From: Desulfurococcaceae archaeon | GTDB lineage: Archaea > Thermoproteota > Thermoprotei_A > Sulfolobales > Desulfurococcaceae | Direction of reading: 5' to 3' | DNA: 64,000 bases | Assembly (NCBI GenBank): GCA_038816475.1 | Contig: JAWBAI010000002.1 | Span: 32,001-96,000, forward strand | In this document: piece after piece, positions 29,323 through 38,284 of the stretch | How the letters are laid out: each line of letters opens with the position of its first letter | Position numbering within the stretch: the first letter of the stretch is position 1 | Translations under genes and position numbers: made by a program | Notes under the pieces: model-generated | The model's input: only the letters and a program-made list of their open reading frames with translations | The model's database searches: none | Told to the model about the DNA's origin: nothing

Positions 29323-29992
29323 CGTATCTCTCCTTCATAATACTCTTTCTCAGTTCCCTATCCACGTATCTGCCTCTAGCTCTGATTTCCCTCATTCTTC
29401 GAATAATGCTCTCTCCGTGAACACCGTAGCTTTGCACGTAGGCTTCAACCATGTTCTTTTCGAAAACGCTTGCAGCATCCGGTCTCATTGCGTGAACACT
29501 TCTAAGCATCAGGTGAAGGTCTATGGCGAATTCTTCGATGTCAGTACTGTACCCAGCAAGACCAAAGTCTATTACCACAAGTCCACGTTTACTCGCTATA
29601 ACGTTTGCAAGAGTATAATCACCGTGATAAATGCATAGCTTGTGCATTCTTCCAGCAAAACTTCCGATCTCCCTAGCAACCGATACTATTGCGTTGTGAT
29701 CAAGAGTATCGATGATGTTTGAGAGTCTTTCACCTTCCACGTACTCCATTCCCAGCACGCCTGCTTCTTCATCAACAAATAGTAGAGCTGGGACATTGAG
29801 GCCTGCCAGGTGTAGTTCTGACAGGATCTTTGCTTCAATTCTGGTTCGATTCACTATGAAAAACCTATTGAACTCCTGCGTTCTATATGGCTTATCAACT
29901 CTCTTCTTGATCACGACTTTAAGTCCATGCAAGTGTGCCAGGTAAATTTCTGCTTCAGCACCTTTTGAAACTAGTATTGCTGCTTCAGCCAT
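29315..29992 (-). CDS. bud32: KEOPS kinase Bud32
   Basis: KGAEA, HGD...N, IDFGL, RARGRY. Confidence 0.92.
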   Translation of the reverse strand: MAEAAILVSKGAEAEIYLAHLHGLKVVIKKRVDKPYRTQEFNRFFIVNRTRIEAKILSELHLAGLNVPALLFVDEEAGVLGMEYVEGERLSNIIDTLDHNAIVSVAREIGSFAGRMHKLCIYHGDYTLANVIASKRGLVVIDFGLAGYSTDIEEFAIDLHLMLRSVHAMRPDAASVFEKNMVEAYVQSYGVHGESIIRRMREIRARGRYVDRELRKSIMKERYVG

Positions 29993-31059
29993 GGATACTC
30001 CTCCTCGTCCAGTCTATACCTCTGCTTAACAACAATCTGCTCAGGCTGTTTACGCTCACCGTGGAGAAAATGTAGTAGCCCGGTATACGCGATCATGAGT
30101 CCGTTATCTCCCGCTACCTCCGGGGGTGTTCCATAGTACTTCACATTGTAGAACTTGGCAATACTTTTGAATTTTTCACGGAGTAGCTCGTTTGAAGCTA
30201 CTCCACCAACAAGTAGTATACTGTTCTTGCCGGTAAGCATCAACGCTCTTTCAGACACCTCAACGAGCATGTTAAAGGCTATTTCACGTAGGCTTCTACA
30301 TATGTTTCCAACAATCCTACTCTCGCCTCTCGATTTTCTGTACTCTCTGAGTGCCGCTGTTAATAGCCCAGAGTAGCTGAGATCACATCCTTTAACCGTG
30401 TAGGGCAGTGGTATATACTCGTTGCCCCATTCCGCGCATATATCTACTGCGTGTTTACCCTGAACCACATATGGAGGTGCAATACCTATTTCCCTTGCAA
30501 AAGTATCCAGTAGGTTACCAAGTGGAATGTCTAGTGTTTCTCCAAGCACCCGGTATCTTCCTTCTTTTTGAACAACTATCATGGTGTTCCCGCCTGATAC
30601 GTAAACCACAAGAGGATCCTGGAGACCGCTGACCAGTTTTCCTATTTCTATGTGAGCTACTGCGTGGTTAACTGGTACAATAGGCTTATTGTAGTATGCA
30701 CCCAGGAATCTGGCTAGGCTTGCTCCAACTCTAAGACATGGCCCTAGACCAGGGCCTACAGCTACTGCAATCGCATCAATATCCTCTATTTTTAAACCAG
30801 AGGTTTTCAACGCTTCTCTTAAGACAACATGAGCATTGCTTACGTGATGCATAAAGGATTCTCTTGGATGTATACCTCCTTTTTCTGGCTTGTATTGACT
30901 AACTACATTAGCTAGTATTGTTACGTAGTTATGCTCATACTCAACTATGCCTACACCAAAGGTGTGACTCGTCGACTCTATTCCAATAACTCTTACTCGA
31001 GTCTCTGCATCCGGTAGAGGAACAGGTATTTTGAACCTTGATCCATGAAACAGTGACAT
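29971..31059 (-). CDS. kae1: tRNA N6-threonylcarbamoyltransferase Kae1
   Basis: GIESTSHT, VNHAVAHIE, YVSGGNT, GGVASN, DNGLMIA. Confidence 0.95.
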   Translation of the reverse strand: MSLFHGSRFKIPVPLPDAETRVRVIGIESTSHTFGVGIVEYEHNYVTILANVVSQYKPEKGGIHPRESFMHHVSNAHVVLREALKTSGLKIEDIDAIAVAVGPGLGPCLRVGASLARFLGAYYNKPIVPVNHAVAHIEIGKLVSGLQDPLVVYVSGGNTMIVVQKEGRYRVLGETLDIPLGNLLDTFAREIGIAPPYVVQGKHAVDICAEWGNEYIPLPYTVKGCDLSYSGLLTAALREYRKSRGESRIVGNICRSLREIAFNMLVEVSERALMLTGKNSILLVGGVASNELLREKFKSIAKFYNVKYYGTPPEVAGDNGLMIAYTGLLHFLHGERKQPEQIVVKQRYRLDEEEYPWLKQQY

Positions 31060-31075
31060 TACATGTAACCGAACA

Positions 31076-31240
31076 CTAACCTTTCACGTACTCTACATAG
31101 CTACATTTCCCACAGTGAAACCTAGGTGTAGGCTCCTTGTGAAACGCCATGAAGGAACCGCATTTTGGACACTTCTTGTTTCTCCTTTTAATAGTCCAGT
31201 TCTTGTAGTCAACTTCGTAAAGCTTGTGAATGTACGGCAT
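31076..31240 (-). CDS. rps27ae: 30S ribosomal protein eS31 (S27ae)
   Basis: Not in ORF track (54 aa): MPYIHKLYEVDYKNWTIKRRNKKCPKCGSFMAFHKEPTPRFHCGKCSYVEYVKG. Confidence 0.93.
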   Translation of the reverse strand: MPYIHKLYEVDYKNWTIKRRNKKCPKCGSFMAFHKEPTPRFHCGKCSYVEYVKG

Positions 31241-31245
31241 ATGTC

Positions 31246-31596
31246 TCAACCCTGAGAGCTTTGTGTGAGCTTACTTACAGATTCTTCGTCTCTCTTAAAA
31301 ATGTACTCTGGCTCGAACTTTCTAGCTCTTTCGACACTATCGTATATGTGAGCTTCAACGTAGGTTCCTGGAAATCCGCATACGGAGCACGATTTTCGTA
31401 CGTAAATCAAGCTCAGATCCTTACCGTAGTAGTCTGATAGAAACTTCTTTATCATACCTCTGCTTGGTGTACCTTCATGAAAATGCAGTACTCTTAGCTT
31501 TACTTCGAGTCTACCAATGAGTGGGTTATACTTTTCTTCGACTATCTCCGCGTCGTACTTATCCATGAATCTCACGTGTTTACCCACAGTAAACAC
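31246..31596 (-). CDS. rps24e: 30S ribosomal protein eS24
   Basis: NPLIGRLE, GTPSR, AHIYDS...FEPEY; synteny. Confidence 0.9.
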   Translation of the reverse strand: MFTVGKHVRFMDKYDAEIVEEKYNPLIGRLEVKLRVLHFHEGTPSRGMIKKFLSDYYGKDLSLIYVRKSCSVCGFPGTYVEAHIYDSVERARKFEPEYIFKRDEESVSKLTQSSQG

Positions 31597-31601
31597 CTGA
31601 A

Positions 31602-32072
31602 TTACTGAGCTTTCATCACTGTTGGTTTAAGTATCTTCAATGCTTTTAAAACCTTATGCACAGAGGTCTTAACAATTACTACACCAACATCGGGTTGCCC
31701 GTACATTACCGTGTCCCACTGCGATAATAGGAAAGCTATTGTTAACATATCCTCTTCACCCACAACGCAGAGGTCTGTTGTTCCGATCATGGCCATAGCT
31801 ATTGCCGATAAGCTTAGGGAACCTCTTGGATTTACAACAGTAGTACACTTAAACTCTTTGAATGGTTCTCTAAGCGTTCTCTTGGTTTTATAATCAACGA
31901 CTTTCACACGAGATAAATGCCTCTTGGAAACAACATCGCCTACTGTAACGTCAACTCTAAGCCCTGATATGCATCCCCGCTCGGGGTGTACAATCAATGT
32001 TCCCTGAGGATACGACAAGTCGTTTCTAAATTCATGCGGTAAAACAAGCACGGGTATTCGCATGCTGTTCAC
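31602..32072 (-). CDS. DUF359 GTP-dependent dephospho-CoA kinase
   Basis: VGDVV, DYKTKR, NPRG, GEEDML, YGQPDVG. Confidence 0.85.
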   Translation of the reverse strand: MNSMRIPVLVLPHEFRNDLSYPQGTLIVHPERGCISGLRVDVTVGDVVSKRHLSRVKVVDYKTKRTLREPFKEFKCTTVVNPRGSLSLSAIAMAMIGTTDLCVVGEEDMLTIAFLLSQWDTVMYGQPDVGVVIVKTSVHKVLKALKILKPTVMKAQ

Positions 32073-32281
32073 TCGATCTTGATCGCGTATCTGCCTTTAC
32101 GCGAGATTTCAAGTACCTTTGCTATTTCAGAGTCCTCTGGTTCAATAACCAGGATAACCCCGCTCCACTCGTCGGTGAAGTCTTTGGAACCGCATGATGG
32201 GCATGTTTCCACGTTCTTTTCAACGAGGTACTTACAGTTCCTACATGCTTTAAAGGGTTTTGATCTACTGCGTGTACTCAA
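32069..32281 (-). CDS. spt4: Transcription elongation factor Spt4 (RpoE'')
   Basis: ACRNC...CPSCGS, WSG, GRYAI. Confidence 0.93.
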   Translation of the reverse strand: MSTRSRSKPFKACRNCKYLVEKNVETCPSCGSKDFTDEWSGVILVIEPEDSEIAKVLEISRKGRYAIKIE

Positions 32282-32284
32282 GCG

Positions 32285-32848
32285 TTATCTCCTCTCTTTA
32301 CTAAGCCATTCAAGTTTGCCTAAACCCGGTTGTCTCATTGTCATGCTAATTCTTATACCCTTACCTGGCTGAATTCCAGTTGTGTAAACTCTAGCTCTCA
32401 CAATGTCTCCTCGTTCAACATACCTTCTGCTTTCTTCTAAAAGCAGTGAACCTCTCGCTGTATCAAAGGTTACTCTTTCATCAGCTACCTGATTTATGTG
32501 TACGAAGCCGTCTATGGGTCCTAGATTTACGTAAAGACCGCTCCTAGTTACTGAAACTACTTCACCTTCAACCACTTCCTTGATGAACGGCATAAACACT
32601 AGTGCATCGAAAAGCACTCTATGGTACGAAGCGCCGTCTCCTGGTATTAGTACACCAAGTTCATTCACGTCTACCTCCAGTATAGCTATTATTATGCCAT
32701 ACAGAGGTGGACCTTCTTCCTTATGAACGTTGATCAACATGCCCTCATACTTGGCTTTAAGCTCTTCTAGTGCTGCTTCTCTGATTGGTTTGCTAAACTT
32801 GTGTGGTGGTATTCTTACGTTGTCTCTAATACGCAAGATTGCGTACAT
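32285..32848 (-). CDS. rpo7: RNA polymerase subunit Rpo7 (E')
   Basis: VRIPP, GDGA, GPIDGFVHINQ, TMRQPGLGK. Confidence 0.95.
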   Translation of the reverse strand: MYAILRIRDNVRIPPHKFSKPIREAALEELKAKYEGMLINVHKEEGPPLYGIIIAILEVDVNELGVLIPGDGASYHRVLFDALVFMPFIKEVVEGEVVSVTRSGLYVNLGPIDGFVHINQVADERVTFDTARGSLLLEESRRYVERGDIVRARVYTTGIQPGKGIRISMTMRQPGLGKLEWLSKERR

Positions 32849-32929
32849 GCTTTTATTCACCAATTGCTCCTATTTGACTGACCTGAATAGCCTACAATAC
32901 TCTTACAGAGTACTCTAGAACAAAACTAC

Positions 32930-33361
32930 TTAAAAATACCCTTCAACTACAACTCTCCTTGACTCCTCCCGGAAGTAAGCTTCCGGTATTCCAATGGCAC
33001 GAAGCCTTGCTCTAAGTTCTCGATCATTCGTTGCTACAATTGCCTTGTTTTCAACAGCGTACCTTATGATCAGCTCATCGACGCTGGAGGTTTCCACATT
33101 CCCGTAGTCTACGATTTCGCAGAACATGCGAACAAGCTCTAGGGCTAGCAGCGCTTGTTTTCTGAGGGATTGCGCGGAGGTGCGTGATAGCTTGATTAAC
33201 TCGTTGAGAACTGGTGATAACACCACGAACCTAGGTCTAGTTTCTAGCTGTTCTTCTATTTGCTCAAAAACTCTAACACCACTCGCGGCAAGCATAAGCA
33301 TGTTTGTGTCTAGGACAACTATTGGCTTTCTAGTAGATTCAGTAGACGTTTTCAACAACAC
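32930..33361 (-). CDS. PIN-domain protein (Fcf1/Utp24-like)
   Basis: LDTN, VLNEL, VATNDREL; downstream of aIF2gamma. Confidence 0.85.
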   Translation of the reverse strand: MLLKTSTESTRKPIVVLDTNMLMLAASGVRVFEQIEEQLETRPRFVVLSPVLNELIKLSRTSAQSLRKQALLALELVRMFCEIVDYGNVETSSVDELIIRYAVENKAIVATNDRELRARLRAIGIPEAYFREESRRVVVEGYF

Positions 33362-34595
33362 CCCAACCTGCGAGCCTCCAACGAGCCATTACTCTTCTTC
33401 CAATAGCTACTCGCATACCTTTCCATGCTACAACAGGCTCACTGAGATCTACGTCAACATAGTCCTTCTTAACGGATTTAACAGTTGAAAGCCTGGTAGC
33501 TGGTCCAACCACCACTATGATCTTCTCTCCGGGTTGAAGCGGTGGAAGCTTTACCTGCTGACCAGCTTTTAACCCTACCACTCTTTCTAAAACATGGTAG
33601 GATATACTAAGGCTTGTTGCCACAGGTAGTTTTTCATTGGGTTTCGTAACAACACTTCCTGCTAATCTATCCGCCTTCGCAAGTGATGGATCTAGCTTTG
33701 TTCTGATGGCAACTAGTCCTCCTGGTTTTGCCTCTTCGGATGATACATCACCGTACCTTATTTCCTCGATAGTTGTTACCAGTGGAACGTACTCCTGGGT
33801 TTTTTGTTTACCCGGTTTTTCGATCTTAACACCAGGTAGTATGATTATTTCATCGTTTAACTCAAGCTTACCTTGCAGAAGCGTTCCTCCTAGAACACCG
33901 CCTTGAACATCACCATATTGAGTACCGGGTCTATTTATGTCAAAGCTACGGATAACGTACATGATCGGTGGTTTCGAGAGATCTCGTTCAGGTGTTGAAA
34001 TAATTTCCTGAATCGCCTGAAGCAGGACATCTATGTTGACTTTGTGAAGAGCACTTACAGGTATGATGGGGGCGTTCTCAGCTATTGTTCCCTTAACGAA
34101 GTTGAGTATTTCATTATAGTTCTTAAGAGCTCTCTCCTTGGAAACAGCATCTATCTTGTTCTGAACTATAACGAGGTTTTTCACACCCAGGATTTCGAGG
34201 GCCATTAAGTGCTCAATTGTCTGAGGTTGAGGGCACTGCTCTGTAGCTGATATCACCAGAATTGCTCCGTCAATTACCATGGCGCCGCTAAGCATTGTTG
34301 TCATGTAAGCTTCGTGCCCGGGTGCATCCACGTAGCTAACTCTTCTGAGGATTCTCGAGCTACTACCGTCGGGACATACGGTTTCAGCTGTGAACGCGTC
34401 AGGGGGTTCCATGTTGTCACAGTATGCTATGTTCCCGTCAGCGTATCCCAAGAATATTGTCATTCCACGTTCGATCTCCCTGCTATGCTTCGCTGTCCAT
34501 ATACCGGTTAATGCCTGAACCAGGGTGGTCTTTCCGTGGTCAACGTGCCCTACTACTCCGATATTTACTTCCGGTAAAGCTTTTTCTTGAGACAA
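33339..34595 (-). CDS. eif2g: Translation initiation factor aIF2 gamma subunit
   Basis: GHVDHGKTT, RGMTI.LGY, DAPGHE, QNKID, RWRLAGWG. Confidence 0.96.
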   Translation of the reverse strand: MSQEKALPEVNIGVVGHVDHGKTTLVQALTGIWTAKHSREIERGMTIFLGYADGNIAYCDNMEPPDAFTAETVCPDGSSSRILRRVSYVDAPGHEAYMTTMLSGAMVIDGAILVISATEQCPQPQTIEHLMALEILGVKNLVIVQNKIDAVSKERALKNYNEILNFVKGTIAENAPIIPVSALHKVNIDVLLQAIQEIISTPERDLSKPPIMYVIRSFDINRPGTQYGDVQGGVLGGTLLQGKLELNDEIIILPGVKIEKPGKQKTQEYVPLVTTIEEIRYGDVSSEEAKPGGLVAIRTKLDPSLAKADRLAGSVVTKPNEKLPVATSLSISYHVLERVVGLKAGQQVKLPPLQPGEKIIVVVGPATRLSTVKSVKKDYVDVDLSEPVVAWKGMRVAIGRRVMARWRLAGWGVVENVY

Positions 34596-34634
34596 GAAAT
34601 CACCTAGCTTTGTATGTAAGCAGTGGTTTCACTT

Positions 34635-35285
34635 CTATTCATACATGATTTTGGTATTTATTTGAACCGTATCTGGAGCTATTGTATTTCCTCGTACCAT
34701 TTTGCGTCGTCTTTCACCTTTCTCTCGTGGATGGAATCCTGGAGGCTCTGAGAGTAAAGCTCTTTTCTTCACAGGACCCGGTATATCTGATCTCATCGGG
34801 AATCCGCTAACGTCGCTACCTCCGGTAATCACTAATTTTACTCCTTTAAGACCAATGATGCTTCCATCTATCTCGTCTCCTATTTTTAACCCCAGTAGGG
34901 CTTGTGTTCTCTCATCGTTAATGCGAATCTGCCAAGCTGGTGACCTGAACGCTTCCCCCTCGAGTTCCTGTGTTCCTGTTGAATCAATGAGCTTTACTAG
35001 ACTAACCTTTACGACGTTGTCCGGAACAGAGTCGTCGACCTCGACTCTGCCGGTGATCTTCACCTTGTCTCCAGTGTCAGGTCGTCTCATCCGCAAGGTT
35101 ACAACCTTGTACTTCGCTCCCAGTTCTTCAAGCATCTTAGAGTTCATTTTGATTATCGGTAGTTCGAGCTGCTCTTTCATTTTATCTGTAAAGGGTGTAT
35201 CGGGGTCTCCTACAATCCTCACCTTAAGCACTTTTCCCTTTTTGTATGCTTCTGGATCCGATACTACTATCTTGAAATCAGGCAT
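34635..35285 (-). CDS. rps6e: 30S ribosomal protein eS6 (long crenarchaeal form)
   Basis: FKIVVSDP, ITGGSD.SGFPM, GERRRKMVRGN. Confidence 0.93.
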   Translation of the reverse strand: MPDFKIVVSDPEAYKKGKVLKVRIVGDPDTPFTDKMKEQLELPIIKMNSKMLEELGAKYKVVTLRMRRPDTGDKVKITGRVEVDDSVPDNVVKVSLVKLIDSTGTQELEGEAFRSPAWQIRINDERTQALLGLKIGDEIDGSIIGLKGVKLVITGGSDVSGFPMRSDIPGPVKKRALLSEPPGFHPREKGERRRKMVRGNTIAPDTVQINTKIMYE

Positions 35286-35370
35286 ACATTCACCACGCCA
35301 CCAGCAATCCCGGTGGCATTTTAACTCATTAATTACAGGATTTAAATATTCTAAGCAAGGGTGATCCGCT

Positions 35371-37194
35371 GTGATTGCAAAAACCAGTAAGACTTGGATT
35401 AGGCAACCAATAGTTGCAGTACTAGGTCACGTAGACCACGGAAAAACAACACTACTGGACAAAATAAGAGGTACTGCTGTAGCTAAGAGAGAACCGGGAG
35501 AAATAACTCAGCATATTGGCGCAAGCATAGTACCCGCTAGTGTTCTCGAGAAGATCTCAGAACCCCTTAAGAAGATCTTTCCAAGGCTAAAGATCGAAAT
35601 TCCAGGGTTGCTCTTCATCGACACACCTGGACACGAGCTCTTCGTTAGTCTCAGGAGACGTGGAGGTAGCGTTGCAGATATAGCCATACTGGTTGTAGAC
35701 GTAATAGAGGGTGTAATGCCTCAGACAAAGGAAGCAATAATGCTCCTCAAGGAGAGAAGGGTGCCGTTCATCGTAGCTGCTAATAAAATAGATAGAATTG
35801 AAGGATGGACCCCGGTACCGGATACCCCATTCCTTGAGTCTATCAAGAAGCAAAGTCCTAGAACAGTAAATAAGCTTGAGGAGCAATTGTACAAAATAGT
35901 CGGGGACCTGTACACTCTCGGTTACCAAGCTGAGAGGTTTGATAGAGTCAAAGACTTCAGAACAACTGTAGCCATAGTACCTGTCTCAGCTAAAACTGGA
36001 GAAGGTTTAGCTGAACTATTATCTCTCGTTGCTGGTTTATCGCAACAATTCATGAAAAAGAAGCTTATCACGGGTGAAGAACCTGCTAAAGGTATAGTCT
36101 TGGAGGTTAAGGAGGAGGAAGGGCTTGGTGCAACGATCGACGTAATAGTGTACGATGGGGTTTTGAGAAGAAACGACATGATAATCTTGGCGTCCAAGAG
36201 CGGATACTTGGTAACTCGCGTTAGAGCTCTACTTCTACCAAGGCCACTACAAGATATGAGAATGCATGAAGGAAAGTTCATACAAGTCGATGAGGTGGCT
36301 GCTGCCGCAGGCGTAAAAATTGCAGCGCCTAATCTGGAGGAAGTCATGGCGGGATCACCGCTGTACGTTGTCCCGGACGAATCAAGCGTAGAAACCTATG
36401 TCAAAATGATACTCGAAGAGGTTGAAACTATCAGGATAAGGTCGGAGTCCGATGGAGTTATCGTGAAAGCAGACACTCTTGGCTCACTTGAAGCTCTTAT
36501 AGAAGCTTTGAGAAGAGAAGGTATACCAATTAAGCTAGCTGACGTTGGTCCCGTGTCTAGAAACGACGTAATGGAGGCCGTGGTCATCAAGAAGTCTAAA
36601 CCCGAGTACGGAGTAATCCTAGCATTCAACGTTAAGGTTCTGAAGGATGCAGAGGAGATGGCGGTGAAGGAGAACATAACGGTATTCGCAAATAACGTGG
36701 TCTACAGGTTGCTCGAAGACTTCCTAAAATGGCTTAAAGAATACAAGGAAATAGAGAAACGCCGCGAACTCGAGTCTTTGGTTAGACCAGCGAAGATAAG
36801 AATTATCCCAGGCTACGTGTTTAGGAGAAGCGACCCAGCTATTGTGGGAATAGAGGTTCTCGCAGGAACAGTTAAACCCGGATACGTCTTAATGCGTGAA
36901 GACGGAGTTAGCATCGGAAACATCATGCAGATCAGGGATAGAGACAACGTTTTAAAGGAGGCTATTGTTGGTCAAAGAGTAGCTATCAGTATTAAAGGTA
37001 AAGTCATGGTTGGTAGACAAATAGATGAGGGCGATGTCCTCTACACGGATATACCCAGAGATCACGTCACAATGTGGTTAACCAAGTACGCGAGTGAGCT
37101 GAGAGAAGATGAGCAATCGGTTTTAAAGGAAATAATTAGTATTAAGAGGAAAAGCGACCCACTGTATGGTTTTGTGTTCATGGCCCAGGAGTAG
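35371..37194 (+). CDS. infB: Translation initiation factor aIF5B (IF-2)
   Basis: RQPIVAVLGHVDHGKTT, ITQHIGA, DTPGHE, NKID, KADTLGSLEAL. Confidence 0.96.
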   Translation: MIAKTSKTWIRQPIVAVLGHVDHGKTTLLDKIRGTAVAKREPGEITQHIGASIVPASVLEKISEPLKKIFPRLKIEIPGLLFIDTPGHELFVSLRRRGGSVADIAILVVDVIEGVMPQTKEAIMLLKERRVPFIVAANKIDRIEGWTPVPDTPFLESIKKQSPRTVNKLEEQLYKIVGDLYTLGYQAERFDRVKDFRTTVAIVPVSAKTGEGLAELLSLVAGLSQQFMKKKLITGEEPAKGIVLEVKEEEGLGATIDVIVYDGVLRRNDMIILASKSGYLVTRVRALLLPRPLQDMRMHEGKFIQVDEVAAAAGVKIAAPNLEEVMAGSPLYVVPDESSVETYVKMILEEVETIRIRSESDGVIVKADTLGSLEALIEALRREGIPIKLADVGPVSRNDVMEAVVIKKSKPEYGVILAFNVKVLKDAEEMAVKENITVFANNVVYRLLEDFLKWLKEYKEIEKRRELESLVRPAKIRIIPGYVFRRSDPAIVGIEVLAGTVKPGYVLMREDGVSIGNIMQIRDRDNVLKEAIVGQRVAISIKGKVMVGRQIDEGDVLYTDIPRDHVTMWLTKYASELREDEQSVLKEIISIKRKSDPLYGFVFMAQE

Positions 37195-37222
37195 AGCATG
37201 CGCAATGACGCCGTTCTCAACT

Positions 37223-37417
37223 CTACCTGGTTTGCTGACCGTACTTACGTGTCCACTTGAGCTTCCTCGGGTCTCTTCCCATTTGATAACTCTTAAAGCA
37301 CTTTCTACTGCAGAACCATAGTATTGTTCCATCGTTAAGCACGTACATTAGCCCTGTTCCCGGCTCTAATGCAACACCGCAAAATGTGCACGTCGCCTGT
37401 CTAGGCATAGAACTCAC
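37223..37417 (-). CDS. rpl24e: 50S ribosomal protein eL24
   Basis: CTFCG..LEPGTG, FCSRKC, PRKLKWT. Confidence 0.95.
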   Translation of the reverse strand: MSSMPRQATCTFCGVALEPGTGLMYVLNDGTILWFCSRKCFKSYQMGRDPRKLKWTRKYGQQTR

Positions 37418-37490
37418 CTAACACGCATAATTATTTAAAGGCTTTTAAAACATAATTTGCAAGTGATTCATATAAACGTCTACAAGAATC

Positions 37491-37775
37491 GTGGTGACGT
37501 CTTTGGAAAACACAACTGAAACTGCACGTAAGCTCGTGTTTGAGCCGCCTAAAATCAACATTGTAGAAGAGATAGGTTTTCCAGCCGAAGTAGTTCAAAT
37601 ACTGGGACGTACGGGGGTAACAGGCGAGATTACTCAGGTTAGAGTAAGAATTCTCGAAGGAAGAGATAGAGGTCGAGTGATAACTAGAAACGTTAAAGGA
37701 CCTGTTAGAGTAGGCGATATACTAATACTGAGAGAAACTGAGAGAGAAGCTAGAAAGCTAACAACGAGACGGTAA
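37491..37775 (+). CDS. rps28e: 30S ribosomal protein eS28
   Basis: [41 protein letters not shown]. Confidence 0.95.
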   Translation: MVTSLENTTETARKLVFEPPKINIVEEIGFPAEVVQILGRTGVTGEITQVRVRILEGRDRGRVITRNVKGPVRVGDILILRETEREARKLTTRR

Positions 37776-37828
37776 AAACAATTTGCTTTATCAACTGTTT
37801 CTTTTAAAGGGTTTAGAGAGATTATTGT

Positions 37829-38215
37829 CTACACTCCGCTCTTAGCTCTTATCTCCTGAACACTCTTCACTATTTCGTCTACTAAGCTCTTAGCTCCTCC
37901 AGGATCTATAATGGCAACGGACGCGGCTGCAACCTCTATTCCGGCTGCTTCACCAAGCTTCTTTTTGCTAGGTACGTACGTGTAGGGGATTTTTTTCTCA
38001 TCGCATAGAATAGGTAAGTGAGCAACTATTTCTGGTGGATCTACATCCTCTGCTATGATGACTAGTTTTGCTAAGCCTCTTTCCACAGCTTTTGTTGTTT
38101 CATTGGTACCCTTCTTTATCTTACCACCTGTTTCTCTAGCTTTCTTCACCGCTTCGTACACTTTTTCAGCAAGTTCCGATGGGATATTGAATCTTACGTA
38201 AAAAGGCTTTGACAT
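37829..38215 (-). CDS. rpl7ae: 50S ribosomal protein eL8/L7Ae
   Basis: [30 protein letters not shown]. Confidence 0.96.
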   Translation of the reverse strand: MSKPFYVRFNIPSELAEKVYEAVKKARETGGKIKKGTNETTKAVERGLAKLVIIAEDVDPPEIVAHLPILCDEKKIPYTYVPSKKKLGEAAGIEVAAASVAIIDPGGAKSLVDEIVKSVQEIRAKSGV

Positions 38216-38284
38216 GGTCATCCTCCTCCCATATAGTCGTCATTTACATATGGAATACTAACTCGGCTTTATATACCTACCTTC

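Noticed and set aside
34702-35364. 220-aa plus-strand ORF antisense to eS6, and the many other short antisense ORFs in the track
   Set aside because: Ser/Leu/Phe/Pro-rich shadow frames lying on well-supported genes, with no recognisable motifs.
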